DNA of 64,000 nt from Octopus vulgaris (GCA_951406725.2 OX597818.1:111910001-111974000); one strand, 5' to 3'; shown: positions 13,463 to 26,653, counted from the stretch's first letter. A program made the numbers and translations. Notes: generated from the letters alone by a model not told the origin.

Positions 13463-13805
13463 GTGTGTGTGTGTATACACACACATACATACATACATAT
13501 ATAACATATACACACACACATATATGTATACACACACATATATACATACATACACACATATATATATATATATGTATATAAACGTATACATATGTGTGTG
13601 TATACATATATATATGTGTGTGTGTGTGTGTTTGTATATGTATACGATAAGCTTCTTTCAGTTTCCGTCTATCAAATCCACTCAAAAGGCTTTGGTCGGC
13701 TCGAGGCTGCAGTGGAAGACACTTGCCCAAGGTGGCACACAGTGGGACTGAACCCGGAACCATATGACTGGCAAACAATCTCCTTATCGCACAGCCACGC
13801 CTGCG
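13192..13805 (-). mobile_element. SINE family A, full length with expanded internal microsatellite
   Basis: Tail at about 13192-13390, head ending cacagccacgcctgcg at 13805. Confidence 0.9.
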
Positions 13806-14671
13806 ACTATATTATTTATATCTCTGTAATAAGCTAACGAGACCGATCTTGCTATCCAACAGCTTCAATTATTTCCTTGTCCCTTGGTGTTAATTATTCA
13901 ATCATAGCCGCTTTGTATGACGTTGTTGTGTCGGCGGTCAGTTGTGATAAACGCCTGCTTGCAAAACAAACTTACATTGTCGCGGATTTGTTTCGTTTCG
14001 TCTGTTTTCGTTTCGTCTCTTCTCGTCGCTTTGGCTGTTTAATATTGCATACAGATATCACTGCACAGACAACCATTCCTGTTTTTACTTCTGTCTCTGT
14101 TTGTATTGCGGTCAGATATGCGAGCCAGGGGAAACGTCGCTTATATTTAAATGTTATAATTAGTGATAGGGGTCAACAAGAGCGTCAGCAATAAGCCGAA
14201 ATCAATAAACAATACCACGAAGAAGGCTATAAAAAATATCAGCAGCTGAACTTGAACTGGCGGTCATGGTGGTGGTTGTAGTGGTGGTATCGTTGGGAGT
14301 AGAAGCAATGATTTGTTAGGAGGTGATAATATTATGACTGATGTTGCTGCTACTGGTGATGACGGTGATGATGGTGACGTTAAAAATGGTGTGGATGGAG
14401 GTCATGTTGGTAATGGAATCGGAGGAAGGTTGATTGTAAAAAAAAGGCGGTGGTTGGGGAGATGTCGATGCTGATAACAAAAAAAAAAGCCGCCACCAAC
14501 AACATAAAAATCAACCAACGAGGATCATGTTAGACATCCAGGTTTTTTCTTTTCGCACAAGGCCAGCAGTTTAGGGAGAGGGGGGAAAAATCAATTAAAA
14601 CGGTCCCAGTGTTATTGATTCCAAAATTGACCTCAGAACGGAATGATGGATGAAATGCCGCGAAGCATTTT

Positions 14672-15098
14672 GACGAAATACCTATTTCTTTACTACCCAC
14701 AAGGGGCTAAACACAGAGAGGACAAGCAAGGACAGACACACGTAAAAAGTCGATTATATCGACTCCAGTGCGCAACTGGTACTTATTTAATCGACCCCGA
14801 AAGAATGAATGGCAAGGTCGACCTCGGCGGAATTTGAACTCAGAACGAAACGGCAGACGAAATACCTATTTCTTTACTACCCACAAGGGGCTAAACACAG
14901 AGAGGACAAGCAAGGACAGACAAACGGATTAAGTCGATTATATCGACTCCAGTGCGTAACTGGTACTTATATAATCGACCCCGAAAGGATGAATGGCAAG
15001 GTCGACCTCGGCGGAATTTGAACTCAGAACGTAACGGCAGGCGAAATACCGCAAAGCATTTCGCCCGGCGTGCTAACGTTTCTGCCAGCTCGCCGCCT
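14672..15098 (-). mobile_element. SINE family B tandem array (two units of about 184 bp plus head)
   Basis: Junction gacgaaatacctatttc at 14672 and 14856; head gcatttcgcccggcgtgctaacgtttctgccagctcgccgcc at the right end. Confidence 0.92.
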
Positions 15099-15618
15099 TA
15101 TTTGCCGTTAATATCTTTCGTTTGATAAACACCACCACCAGAGCCACAGTTCAGACACACTTCTCCTGTGAAACTCTTGTCTATTTACTTTACTTCTTCG
15201 AAATGTCGAGCAAACGTTCTCAAATATTATTGCTGTTATCGATGCTTTTTATTGTTGTGTTACAGTATTCCATTTATTTTCTTATGTCCATACTTCGACT
15301 GTTTAGTATTCTTGCATGTCATTCCATCATTCTGCTTTAATTCTGAAACGGTTGGAACATAAATAAATCGATTTATTTCACCAGCGTCTCCTCATTGATG
15401 TTTATTTATTACGCTTTTTTGTTTATGCTGTTCTTGCTCCTGTGGTTTCTCTTTTTATTTTTTATCTGTGTTTTGTTTTCTTCAGAGTCGCCTTACATCG
15501 AGTTGGAGAAGGTTATTACAGATTTACAATATTTCTAACAGCTTTTATTGTTGCTAATCTTGTTGTTCGTGTAACTGTTGCGGTGCTAAATAATGTCTCT
15601 ATGAGTATCATCGTCTTG

Positions 15619-15790
15619 GGGCAGCGAGCTGGCAGAAACGTTAGCACGCCGGACGAAATGCTCAGCAGTATTTCGTCTGACGTTACATTCTGAGTTCAAA
15701 TTCCGCCGAGGTCGACTTTGCCTTTCATCCCTTCGGGGTCGATAAATTAAGTACCAGTTACGCACTAGGGTCGATCTAATCGACTTAATC
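15619..15790 (+). mobile_element. SINE family B, 3'-truncated
   Basis: ggcagcgagctggcagaaacgttagcacgcc...gagttcaaattcc (B-box-like)...gataaattaagtaccag. Confidence 0.9.
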
Positions 15791-15792
15791 CA

Positions 15793-16170
15793 TGACACTC
15801 CTTGGGTTACGACGACAAAGCCCCAGTCGACCCGATCAACGCAACAGCCTGCTCGTGAAATTAACGTGCAGGTGGCTGAGCACTCCACAGACACGTGTAC
15901 CCTCATCGTAGTTCTCGGGGAGATTCAGTGTGACACAGAGTGTAACGAAACTGGCCCTTTGAAATACAGGTACAACAGAAACAGGAAGAAAAAGAGAAAG
16001 TTGTGGTGAAAGAGTACAGCAGGGTTTATCACCACACCCTGCTAGAGCCTCGTTGAGCTTTAAGTGTTTTCGCCCAATAAATACTCACAACGCCCCCAGC
16101 TGGGAATCGAAACCGCTATCCTACGACTGCGAATCCGCTGCACTAACCACTCGGCTATTGCGCCTCCACA
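15793..16170 (-). mobile_element. SINE family C (head H1 plus tail T1); internally deleted sibling at 16218-16388
   Basis: Minus strand starts gtggaggcgcaatagccgagtggttag (A box) then ggtttcgattccc (B box); tail tgatcgggtcgactggggctttgtcgtcgtaacc. Confidence 0.88.
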
Positions 16171-16173
16171 CGT

Positions 16174-16216
<43 letters not shown>

Positions 16217-17704
16217 GTAGCATTCCGTCGGTTACGACTACGAGAGTCCCAGTTGATCCAGTTAAGCCTCCTAGAGTTTCAGGTGTTTTCGGCCAATAAA
16301 CGCTCACAACGCCAGATCTGGAAATCGAAACCGCGATCCTACGACCAAGAGTCCACTGCCCTAACCGCTGGACCGTTGCGCCTCCACATGTGCAATGTTA
16401 CATCTAGAGGTATATGTTAGTCTAAGACAAAATAGCCAACTCCTAAGGCAGAATATCTAACCATAATATCTAAAAGCTGTTGTGTTCTATATTTTATCGC
16501 TTTATTTCTAAGAGACAATTTTCAGTATTTACAAAACTGAAAACTGTATTCCGTATTGTTAACGAGTTCCCAAAGTGATGAGGACCTACACTTGAACCCA
16601 GTAACATCGTTTCTGGGAAACTAAATGCAGTGACAAAGAAGTATTCATTCCATCTATCATAATTTTGGTTTCATTTCACGGTGTAAACTTCAGCAAAGTA
16701 TAACTGTAAAAACTTAAATTTTGTGTAAATAGAAAAAAAAAGACATATAGAAAAAACAAAAACTGAACAAATTTTATAAATACTAATTTCAAAATGTGTT
16801 ATCTTAGCTAGGACCAGAGACTATTTCAAGACTCACTCGTACGCTAGCATCACGACGACTTTGATGCTGGTGTACTATACCAACAATGTATGTTTAAACA
16901 GCTCAAAATTCTGTGAATACATCACTTTTTATTTAATTCTTGTGACTGCATAAACAAATGCATCAAGCTATCGTTTTGAAATGAGACCCACACGTCTGAC
17001 AGTTTTATCATTTAATTCACTGGTTGTGCTTATTTTATTTGTTATTTATTATTTTTACTGAAAATCTTTTTTATAAGTTTTATATCTCTAACCCTACAGC
17101 AGCGACCATCTTACAATAAACAATACCTTCCCTGCTTTCGCTGATACATTTACCAACATAAATGTTTAAAAAAGCAAAAAAAAAAAAAAAAAAAAGATAA
17201 ACAGAAGAAAAACTACGACTGTATATGTATATATATATATGTAGTAATTTAAAAAAAAATTCATTCAGTATTTTGTGAAAGTCATGTCGAAGGTAGACAT
17301 ATCAAAAGAAATACAGGCGTCTACAATTTTGTTCAACAATGGTAGTGCGTCCATTTGTAAATATTGGCTACGTAATTTTAATAAATATAAAAGTACCAGA
17401 AAAATTCGCATGTTTGCCTGACGGATTTCTCTGCTTTTGTATATTGTATCTTTCACGTTTCCGTGTTGTCTGATGATTGGACGAAACTGTTGAATAAGCA
17501 TACCCGCGTTTAATTTCGATTTAGTTTATTCTATGAAGAAAATACTGCAGTATTCAACAGACTCGTTTGGTCACTCGTTTACAATTGCTTCCTTACAGCA
17601 ATTACGAATGTATACATATATATATATATTCAAGTGTTATATTCATTTAAGTATTTGCTTATGTAACGTACTCAACCAACTTTAGCTCCAACCTAAAAGT
17701 GAAT

Positions 17705-17947
<243 letters not shown>

Positions 17948-17967
17948 AATATATATATATATATATG

Positions 17968-18070
<103 letters not shown>

Positions 18071-18342
18071 ATGTATGATGCATCCGTGTTATTCACAGTA
18101 AAACTTTTATTTTCACTTAAGCTGGATTTGTTCCATTTCACTTTCAATAATGGCATTTTCTTTAGTGTGCCCTTCCTGTTTAAGTAAATAGTATTTTCTA
18201 GATTCATATACATTCGTTTAATTCCTTCAAAGATTTCATTGGATTTTTATTTATCAAATGCCATCGAGTAAAGCTTGATCAATTCACCTGACTTTTCATA
18301 TAGTGCGGTTAGTACAGTTAGGGCAACTGGAATCCATTAGAT

Positions 18343-19005
18343 CGATGGTTCTCAATCACTTTTTACCTATGGGCCCCTTTTTAATCCAATGTTTTTCTAC
18401 AGGGTCTCCATACCGAATTTGTTGATTATAAAACAAATATCCTATTGTATCTTTTATGTTAAATATCATTAGGAATTATGTAAAAAATAAAATATTTTGT
18501 GTATTGTAAATGTATAACTGATTTAATCTTTTATTCTTCTATTCTTTTACTTGGTTCAATCATTTGACTGCGGCCATACTGGAGCACCACCTTTAGTCGA
18601 ACAGGACTTATTCTATGTAAGCCTAGTACTTATTCTAGCCGTCTTTTTTGCCGAACCGCTAAGTTACAGGGACTTAAACATAGCAACATCGATTATCAAG
18701 CGATGGTGGGGGCACAAACACAGACACACAAATACATAATACTTACATATACATATATGATGGGCTTCTTTCAGTTTCAGTCTACCAAATCCACTCGCAA
18801 GGCTTTGGTCAGCCTCGAGCTTATTATAGTAGAAGACACTTGCTCAAGATATCACACAGTGGGACTGAACCTGGAACCATGTGGTTGGGAAGCAAGCTTC
18901 TTACGACACAGCCATCATTGCACCTAATTCATTGCTCATAAACTTTAACAACACAATCTTATATGGACCCCAAGGGGCGATGCGGACCCTAGTTGAGAGC
19001 CACTG
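18343..19005. mobile_element. hAT (Charlie-like) MITE containing a nested SINE A
   Basis: TIRs cgatggttctcaatc / gttgagagccactg; TSD cattagat (18335-18342) / cattaaat (19006-19013). Confidence 0.8.
18527..18925 (-). mobile_element. SINE family A, near full length
   Basis: Reverse complement of 19778-20225 with a short spacer. Confidence 0.9.
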
Positions 19006-19777
19006 CATTAAATAGTTGCATTAGAGAGTTACCCCTAAGGGAGCTCTTGTATTTATTTCAAATTTTAATACAAGGCCAGAAAGTTCAGGGCAAGGGGTTA
19101 ACACGACTCAAGTGTTCAACTGGTACTTATTTTATTAACCCCGAAAGAATGAAAGGCAAAGTATTTAAACTCGGAACGCAAAGTCAAAAGAAAACGCAAC
19201 TAAACATTTTAACCTTCGCGGTAACGATTCTGTCAGTTCGCCGCCTTGAAGAGTTCCTATATGAAATGTCTAATATAACAAATTCCAATTAAGTTACAGT
19301 CATCGATAAGATATTTCTGCTCCTTATCGAACTTTATACGTTTTCAGTGGTGGGTTAGATCCTAACCAAGCAAGCCCTTTATCAGAGATGTCCCGGCAAT
19401 AAACAACCTCTGTCTTTCCCCCAGGAATAATGCATCGCGGACGTCATGATTCAAAGTTTTCTGTTCCAAAATGGTTGTGAGTGATATGTGATCGATTCGC
19501 CAGCTACTTCTAGCAACTCAAACCATTTCGTAGATTCTCGCATTACGTTGTTTTCTGTTTTCGTAGGCAGAATAAAAGTCTAGGGTTAATCTGACTGAAT
19601 TCCAGTTACACGAAGAAAATCTCGCCCATCACCTCAACACAAAAATTATAGACATGAACACACTATAGGAATCAAGTGACTCACTAACCAACAAAGACGC
19701 AGGGTCGGTCTGTGTTGCTCCAATCACATTCATCTGGTTTAAGAAGAAAAAAATACATTAAAAATAATTACGCCATA

Positions 19778-19948
19778 GGCGCAGGAGTGGCTATGTGGTA
19801 AGTAGCTTGCTAACCAACCACATGGTTCCGGGTTCAGTCTCACTGCGTGGCATCTTGGGCAAGTGTCTTCTGCTATAGCCCCGGGCCGACCAATGCCTTG
19901 TGAGTGGATTTGGTAGACGGAAACTGAAAGAAGCCTGTCGTATATATG

Positions 19949-20017
<69 letters not shown>

Positions 20018-20225
20018 TTGTGTTTGTGTTTGTCCCCCTAGCATTGTTTGACAACCGATGCTGGTGTGTTTACGTCCCCGTCACTTAGCGGTTCGGCAAA
20101 AGAGACCGATAGAATAAGTACTGGGCTTACAAAGAATAAGTCCTGGGGTCGATTTGCTCGACTAAAGGCGGTGCTCCAGCATGGCCGATGTCAAATGACT
20201 GAAACAAGTAAAAGAGTAAAGAGTA
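19778..20225 (+). mobile_element. SINE family A, full-length reference copy
   Basis: Head ggcgcaggagtggctatgtggtaag (A-box-like) and ggttcagtctc (B-box-like), internal (AT)n/(GT)n spacer, tail ggcggtgctccagcatggcc...gactgaaacaagtaaaagagtaaagagta. Confidence 0.93.
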
Positions 20226-20271
20226 TATGTAAACAAACAGAAGTTTGTTTTTAATGTGATGAAATGTATTG

Positions 20272-20576
20272 TAGAACAAGTAGAGAGATAAGTTTTTTTT
20301 TCAACATGTAAATATTTAACAGTACATATATAGAGGATAAAATCCTTTTAACAACAGAAAAATGTGCCGGCATAAACCAGCCATGAGGATGACTTTATAA
20401 CTTCTAAAATTGCAGAAAAATTTGCCGGTCGGCAGTTTGGCTTAAATGGTAGAGCACTCCAACCGGATATTGGAGGGTTGCCGGCAATTTTTTCTGCTCT
20501 TAAAAAGGATTTCATCCTTTATATATGCTCTTCAGTATTTACGTGTTGAAAAACATTCATCTTTCTACTTGTTCTA
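20272..20576. repeat. About 100-bp imperfect inverted repeat enclosing a tRNA-like fragment
   Basis: Arms 20272-20372 / 20479-20576. 20431-20484 has tggcttaaatggtagagcac (D-arm/A box) and the stem-loop ctccaa-ccggata-ttggag. Confidence 0.75.
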
Positions 20577-20606
20577 TTAAAAATAATATAATGATCATGT
20601 GATCGA

Positions 20607-20867
20607 TCATGGCTGGTCACAATGCACTTTGCCTCGTTTTAACTTTCTAATGATGCGATTCCGTTGATTAGGCGAGCAGGCCAACATCCCGTCTGGTCGC
20701 AAGGCTAATCCGCCGTGGGATGACACATTTACAGCCGAGTGGACTGGAGCAACGTGAAATGAAACGTTTTGCTCAAGAATACAACGAGCCCCTCGGTTCG
20801 GGAATCGAACCCACAATCTCACGGTCATGATTACAACATACCTAACCTCTACGCCACGTGTCTTTAC
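20607..20867 (-). mobile_element. tRNA-derived SINE (head H2 plus a distinct tail)
   Basis: Minus strand ggttcgattccc B box and central tttcacgttgctccagtccactcggctg, shared with other H2 copies. Confidence 0.75.
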
Positions 20868-21116
20868 AAATGTTATATTACCATCATCAAAAAAAAAGAG
20901 AAAAGAAGAGAGAGAAAGAATGTTTTCATCATTGGTTTACTAGATCAGGATTGACCGGGGGTTAAAAGAAAATCTATAGCAACATGAACTAGATGACCAG
21001 CCAATGAGGGGATCTCACAGTCACGCCCATATTCTAGAAATAGCAGCCAAACCACCTTAAAATTATACTTTGAATGTTGGAGGAATACATCAGATAATAT
21101 AGTCCTAGATATCCTA

Positions 21117-21476
21117 GCCTTAACCCTAACCCTATGTGAAGGAGCATAGCTCAGTGGTTAGAGCGTCGAGCTTACGATTGTGAAGCTGTGAGTTCGATTC
21201 CCGGACCGAGCTGCGTGTTGTGTTCTTGAGCAAGACATTTTTATTTCACGTTACCCCAGTTCACTCAGCTGTAGAAATGAGTTGCAACGTCACAGGTGCC
21301 AAGCTGTATCAGCCTTTGCTTTTTCCTTGGATAACATCAGTGGTATGAAGAATGGAGGCCAGTATGCATGGGTGACTGCTGGCCTTCCATAAAACAACCT
21401 TGCCCGGACTTTTGCCTTGGAGGGTAACTTTCTAGGTACAATCCTATGGTCAGTCATGACCGAAGGGCATCTCCAC
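21117..21476 (+). mobile_element. tRNA-derived SINE (head H2 plus another tail) with 10-bp TSD
   Basis: tagctcagtggttagagcg (A box) and gagttcgattccc (B box); TSD agatatccta at 21107-21116 and 21477-21486. Confidence 0.88.
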
Positions 21477-21908
21477 AGATATCCTATTCCCTCAAACAAA
21501 ACGGTGTGGCCACAGTTAAAAGTCTTTACTCACAGACCTGCTTAATAAGGATTGGCCAATGGTTAAATATGATTAAAAAAAACAACGACTAAGATAAAAA
21601 AAATTATGTAGTGTAGAAAAAGAATTTGCATAAAAAAATCTTATCTGCTCATTGAGCTGTTTTGTTATAACAGATTCTTTGTTTGCCATCTTGTCCTTTG
21701 AGACTTATTTTGTGGGGAATTAAGACTTCAAACTAAGTGAATGATATTAGTCGAGTTCTTGAGTTGAAGGCCTAGTGACGGTAATGATTTATTAGTGCCA
21801 ATGCACCGAATATTTTCTGATTCGCTGTCAGACAAGACATTAAATATCAGCAAAAATATAAACAGTGAAGCACTTGGAAATTAAATGCAGAGCGAGAGAG
21901 AGAGAGGG

Positions 21909-21957
<49 letters not shown>

Positions 21958-22271
21958 ATTCTGCAGGAAATTAGGAATTAATGAAGGACCAATAGGAAAT
22001 TAATTTCTAGTACAGTGTTGACTGAAAATTGGTCAATGCTAGCTGGTATAAAATCAAAATGTCGTTAATCCTGAAGACATTGAAGAGTTACGATTAAGGA
22101 ATAAAGGATAAAAAAGACCTGTTAATAGCAAGATTTTATTTGGGTCGCTTTTACATTCGGAATTATCATCCTAACGTGGTGGACCTAACGAGGGGCGATA
22201 AGATAAACTAAACATTATTCAAGTATTGGGATCGAACAAGTCATTCAGCTCTCCACCCGCTATAAACTGGT

Positions 22272-22582
22272 TCTCCGTCGGTTGCGACGATGAATGTTCC
22301 AGTTGATCCGATCAACGTAACAACCGGCTCGTGAAATTAACATGCAGGTGGCTGTGTATTCCACAGACACGCGTGCTCTTAATGTAGTTCTGAGGGAGAT
22401 TCAGTGTGACACAGAATGTGACAAGGCCGACCCCTTTGAATTACAGGTACAAATCATATTTGCCAGCTGAGTGGACTGAAGCAAAATAAATTGTTGAAAG
22501 GCATAATACGCCGCTGGGAATCGAACACACGGCCTTACGACGGTAAACCGAATATCTTAACCACAGAGCTTAGCGCCTTCAT
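22272..22582 (-). mobile_element. SINE family C (head H2 plus tail T1)
   Basis: ccgtcggttgcgacgatg...ccagctgagtggactg...gggaatcgaac. Confidence 0.85.
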
Positions 22583-22635
22583 TTCTGCATTCGCTAACGA
22601 TGTTGATTCGATTCGGTGTAGGAAATCACCATCAC

Positions 22636-22715
<80 letters not shown>

Positions 22716-22716
<1 letters not shown>

Positions 22717-22940
22717 GTAAAGTAGTGGAATGGCAGAACCCTTAAAGAGTTAGAGAAAATGCTTTGCGCTATTTGCTCTGGCACTTGACGTTCTGAGTTC
22801 AAGTTCAATCGAATTCAACTGTGCCTTTCATCCCTCCAAGGTTGACAAAATAAACTACTATTTTAATAATGGAGTTGATATATTAGGCCACTCCCTTTCC
22901 CTAAATTTCAGGCCTTTTGTCTATGTGAGAAAGGATTGTT
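22716..22940 (+). mobile_element. SINE family B, older variant
   Basis: tggcagaacc...cgttctgagttcaag...gcctttcatcc...aaatttcaggcct. Confidence 0.7.
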
Positions 22941-22989
22941 TTGAAAAGTGAGGCAAGGGCCGCGAGCAAGGTGTTCATCTCCGTTCTAT

Positions 22990-23560
22990 GAACAGTTGAT
23001 TCACATCGTGAACTGCTGTAACAGGCTGATAATTGCGGATGGTGTACAGTGAACATTTGACTCAACGGAATTACGAAAGGGTTGTGACTTTGAGAAACGA
23101 TGATTGATCGGAAGTGTTCAGTACGAGGTTAGACGAGATACAACAGGACTGACAAGTGAATGAGAAGAAGAAAGATGAAAGCTTTTGACTGATGCCGCAT
23201 ACATAAGGTAGCGACATCAAAGAATTTGGACCCATTATATCAGCTTTAGAATAGTTGCCAATCAGGCGGATGACTGTTACTTTAGTATTTGTTAGTATTG
23301 TATTACACTTTCCTTCCTAGATATATGGACAGTTCTCTAATGTAGGCGAGAAATTTGTAGGTGGATTGCAGTGAGGAAGGCTGAAATATTATCTGGTTCT
23401 AAAGCAACCAAGCGAATCTGCAGATTGGGATTGTGGTCGTGACAATGTTAATGACGTGTTTTGATGAACACCAAAGATTGTGTTGTCTGCTAACTCTGGA
23501 ATGGTTGGGTTTATATATTGGTGTTTTCTACGCTGATGTCATTAATAAGAAATATTCCAC
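22990..23560 (-). mobile_element. Highly decayed LINE (CR1/Jockey-group) RT 3' region
   Basis: Broken minus-strand frames give FLINDI, ELADNT (compare FINDL...FADDT), PTLENCPYI* (compare RPxLEYCSxIW) and VIRLIGN, in the expected order. Confidence 0.55.
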
Positions 23561-24299
23561 CTTCTAGATTACCAACTGGTTGGGAATTATCAAACAATAA
23601 AGAAGAGAATTTCGGAAACTGGTCGATGTCGGAACATTTGATTTATAGGCCTGTCCAGACGTTTAAAGACAAAGTGTGTTGTCTGACAATGCAGCTGTAA
23701 GTTTCCAGAGACTTATTTATCGGGATGCAATAAATCGTATTCTGGTAAAAAGAAAAAAAAGGATGAAAAGACAAGCATAAGAGTAGTCGAGTTATAAGAC
23801 ACATAAGTAAAATAAATCAATAAGCAGCCCTTGTGTCGGTGTCCACAATGTTCCAATCGCTGAAGAAATTCAATCACTGAATTATTGTAAGAGCTTGCAA
23901 ATGGGTAGCGATTCTCCAGCAGCCAGCGCTGGCCATCTGTTTGGCGGTACAAGCTTTCGAATCAGGATGAGGGTGCGCTATGCAGGAGACCACTACCTTA
24001 GCCAACCTGTCAATCAGCGACGCTGCTTAAGTGTCAGCCAGCCACTCCTAGCGACGCTATTTCCCAGTCGGCGTGTTATGGCTTTCAAGCCATAAATAGA
24101 AGCTAAACAAAATTTTGTTTCTATAACACCTTTCAGTCAAAATCCGATGGGGTTAATGAGTACAAAAAGGTAAAATAATTACGGAAAGTTGATATTAGAG
24201 TAAATGATTGGAAAAATACTTTAAAAATTTCGCAATTTTACTAAAGAACTAAAAGATATAATTAAAATAAGCTTCTACATTAAGTAATATTCTTTTATA

Positions 24300-24470
24300 T
24301 GTTTCAGCCTAATAGCTGTGGCCATGCTGGAACACCGCCGGTATCACCATTTTTTCAATGGTCATTACTATGTGGTTGGTTTTTGGTGAATGACGGAATT
24401 TGACATTGCTGACCTCGTTTCAGTTTCTTGCTTTGATGTAAATTCCTCTGAGATGTTGGAATAGGAAATG
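24300..24470 (-). mobile_element. CR1-like LINE extreme 3' end
   Basis: Minus frame SNISEEFTSKQETETRSAMSNSVIHQKPTT* is homologous to 40122-40408; tail ggcggtgttccagcatggccacagc...gctgaaac. Confidence 0.7.
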
Positions 24471-24724
24471 TTTCAACGGCGGCTACCTTGAGGGAGATTG
24501 CTATCAAATAATATGCCTCCATTCAGGTGATTTCTTGGCAACATATTTCGATATTTCCGAAAAAAATATAATCATTCCAGTTATTCTCCGCATTTATCGA
24601 AATAAAAAACTCAAAACGAAAATCTATGGTTTTAACACACACACACACATACGTGTGAATTTATGTACAAAATTATATATATGTATTACTTCTTCCCTCT
24701 CGTGTGTGACCCTTCTGTCCGAAG

Positions 24725-24932
24725 TCAGTCGCTATGATAGATCGTTAGCCACTACACACATTTTTCTCCCCTTGTTTCTCTCCTTGTTTTTTTTTTCTGT
24801 GTCCCTTTCTGTAGAACAGCGTAGGCTCGAAACGTAAAATACTTTTTCTATTCCTGAGCGTTATACTAATACATATGTTTGTTTTGTACACCACCTATCT
24901 TCGTCTTTTTGTATTTTTCGTAAAATTTCCCT
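24725..24932 (+). mobile_element. Penelope-like pLTR-type repeat with degenerate hammerhead-like motif
   Basis: ctgtagaacagcgtaggctcgaaacgtaaaa (about 24809-24839): stem agc-gtag-gct, GAAA and palindromic ACGT, but the core is not canonical. Confidence 0.4.
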
Positions 24933-24935
24933 ACA

Positions 24936-24966
<31 letters not shown>

Positions 24967-25690
24967 ATATATATTTATATATTTATATGTATATATATGC
25001 CTGTATATACACACACGCATAGGCACATGTATGGTGCATAATATATTTGTGTATATATACATTTGTATTTATCCCCGTGACGTAGACCAACATACATTTC
25101 AATGAGTATCGACCGTTAATTTTGATTGACAAGTAATTATTTCCCTCCCACTTTTCTTATTTCTCCTTCAGTCTTTGGCTGTCTAATTTCAAAGACTTAA
25201 TCCCCATAAGAGGTCTTTAACAAGCCAGTTTGTACACCTACTTCCTCCCCACCTTACTCTTTCAATCTTTCGTTATTTCCTTGAGTGTTATCTTTATATT
25301 TTCACATTATTCATTTTGTCTGTTACTGTATCATGGCTGATGTATTTTTAATCCCTGCCTTCTTTCGATAATTATGTTGTTTTCTTACTTTGTCTTTCAG
25401 CATTCTGCGTTTTCTTGTTTCACCCCGTCTACCTTTGTTTCTCTTTAGCCAGTTCCCTTATCACTTTAAATTACTGTCTTTCACCTCTGTATTTCTCTCC
25501 ACTCCTTCCATCACAGTGTTTCATCTCGTCCCGCTCATTTTCATCATTCTTTCTTTTCTCTTCCTCCAAATATACCTCTATCGCACTCACTGTGTCTCAC
25601 ACCCTAAGTCTTGTAATTGCTGGAGGAACACTCCACCATGTCCTTTCTCACGAAGTCTGAATTCTCAGAGATTTCTTCCTCACCTACGCA

Positions 25691-26107
25691 TATTTCTTTT
25701 CTGCCTACAAGGGGCTAAACAGAGAGGGGACAAACAAGGACAGACAGAGGGATTAAGTCGATTACATCGACCCCAGTGCGTAACTGGTACTTATTTAATC
25801 GACCCCGAAAGGATGAATGGCAAAGTCGACCTAGGTGGAATTTGAACACAGAACGTAGCGGCAGACGAAATACCTATTTCTTTATTACCCACAAGGGGCT
25901 AAACACAGAGAAGACAAACAAGGACAGACAAATGGATTAAGTCGATTACATCAACCCCAGTGCGTAACTGGTACTTATTTAATCGAACCCGAAAGGATTA
26001 AAGGCAAAGTCGACCTCGGCGGAATTTGAACTCAGAACGCAGCGGCAGACGAAATACCACAAAGTATTTCGCCCGGCGCGCTAACGTTTCTGCTAGCTCG
26101 CCGCCTT
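25691..26107 (-). mobile_element. SINE family B tandem dimer
   Basis: Two units joined at gacgaaatacctatttc (about 25865), single head at the right end. Confidence 0.92.
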
Positions 26108-26598
26108 GAGCGTTAAAATATAATAAATGATTAAATCATGTGATGAACGTAGGCTTACTTAGAATGCATTGTATCTGATAGCTGATATATAAAAAAAAAA
26201 TGGAGTGGTATTCTACTTTAACAGTTTCATTAAACACTAGCAGTAGCGACAATTACTAGGGCAAACAGGAGTTTACTTCAAGATTTTCTAATTCCTGACA
26301 TTTTTTCACCTGATTGTCGTACTGTCACCTACATAAATGATATCAAGTAGAACTTAAGTACAACAATAGGAAACAATTTAATGCGGTACACAGATTTATC
26401 GAATTGTGACCAAGCGAGTTGTCAGCAAGCTATTTGCAACTCTAGCAGTTTTAAGTAGATTCAGCGCCTGACAATCTCTTAGATAACGTTCTCTCTTTAA
26501 TATAAATTCATTAATGCTTGCTGGTTATTAAATTAGAGTGTTTTTTCAGAAGTTTATTCAATTATTTTATTCTTTATTTATTCTTTATTTATAACCAG

Positions 26599-26653
<55 letters not shown>

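Noticed and set aside
14672-15098. Regularly spaced repeats resembling a CRISPR array
   Set aside because: Whole units of about 184 bp repeat with no unique spacers, there are no cas genes, and the context is eukaryotic.
16839-16881. 14-bp hairpin (gtacgctagcatca / tgatgctggtgtac) suggestive of a Helitron 3' end
   Set aside because: No CTRR terminus at the expected distance and no identifiable 5' end.
23820-24095. Possible Tx1/L1-like RT remnant on the minus strand
   Set aside because: The resemblance is too faint to support by eye.
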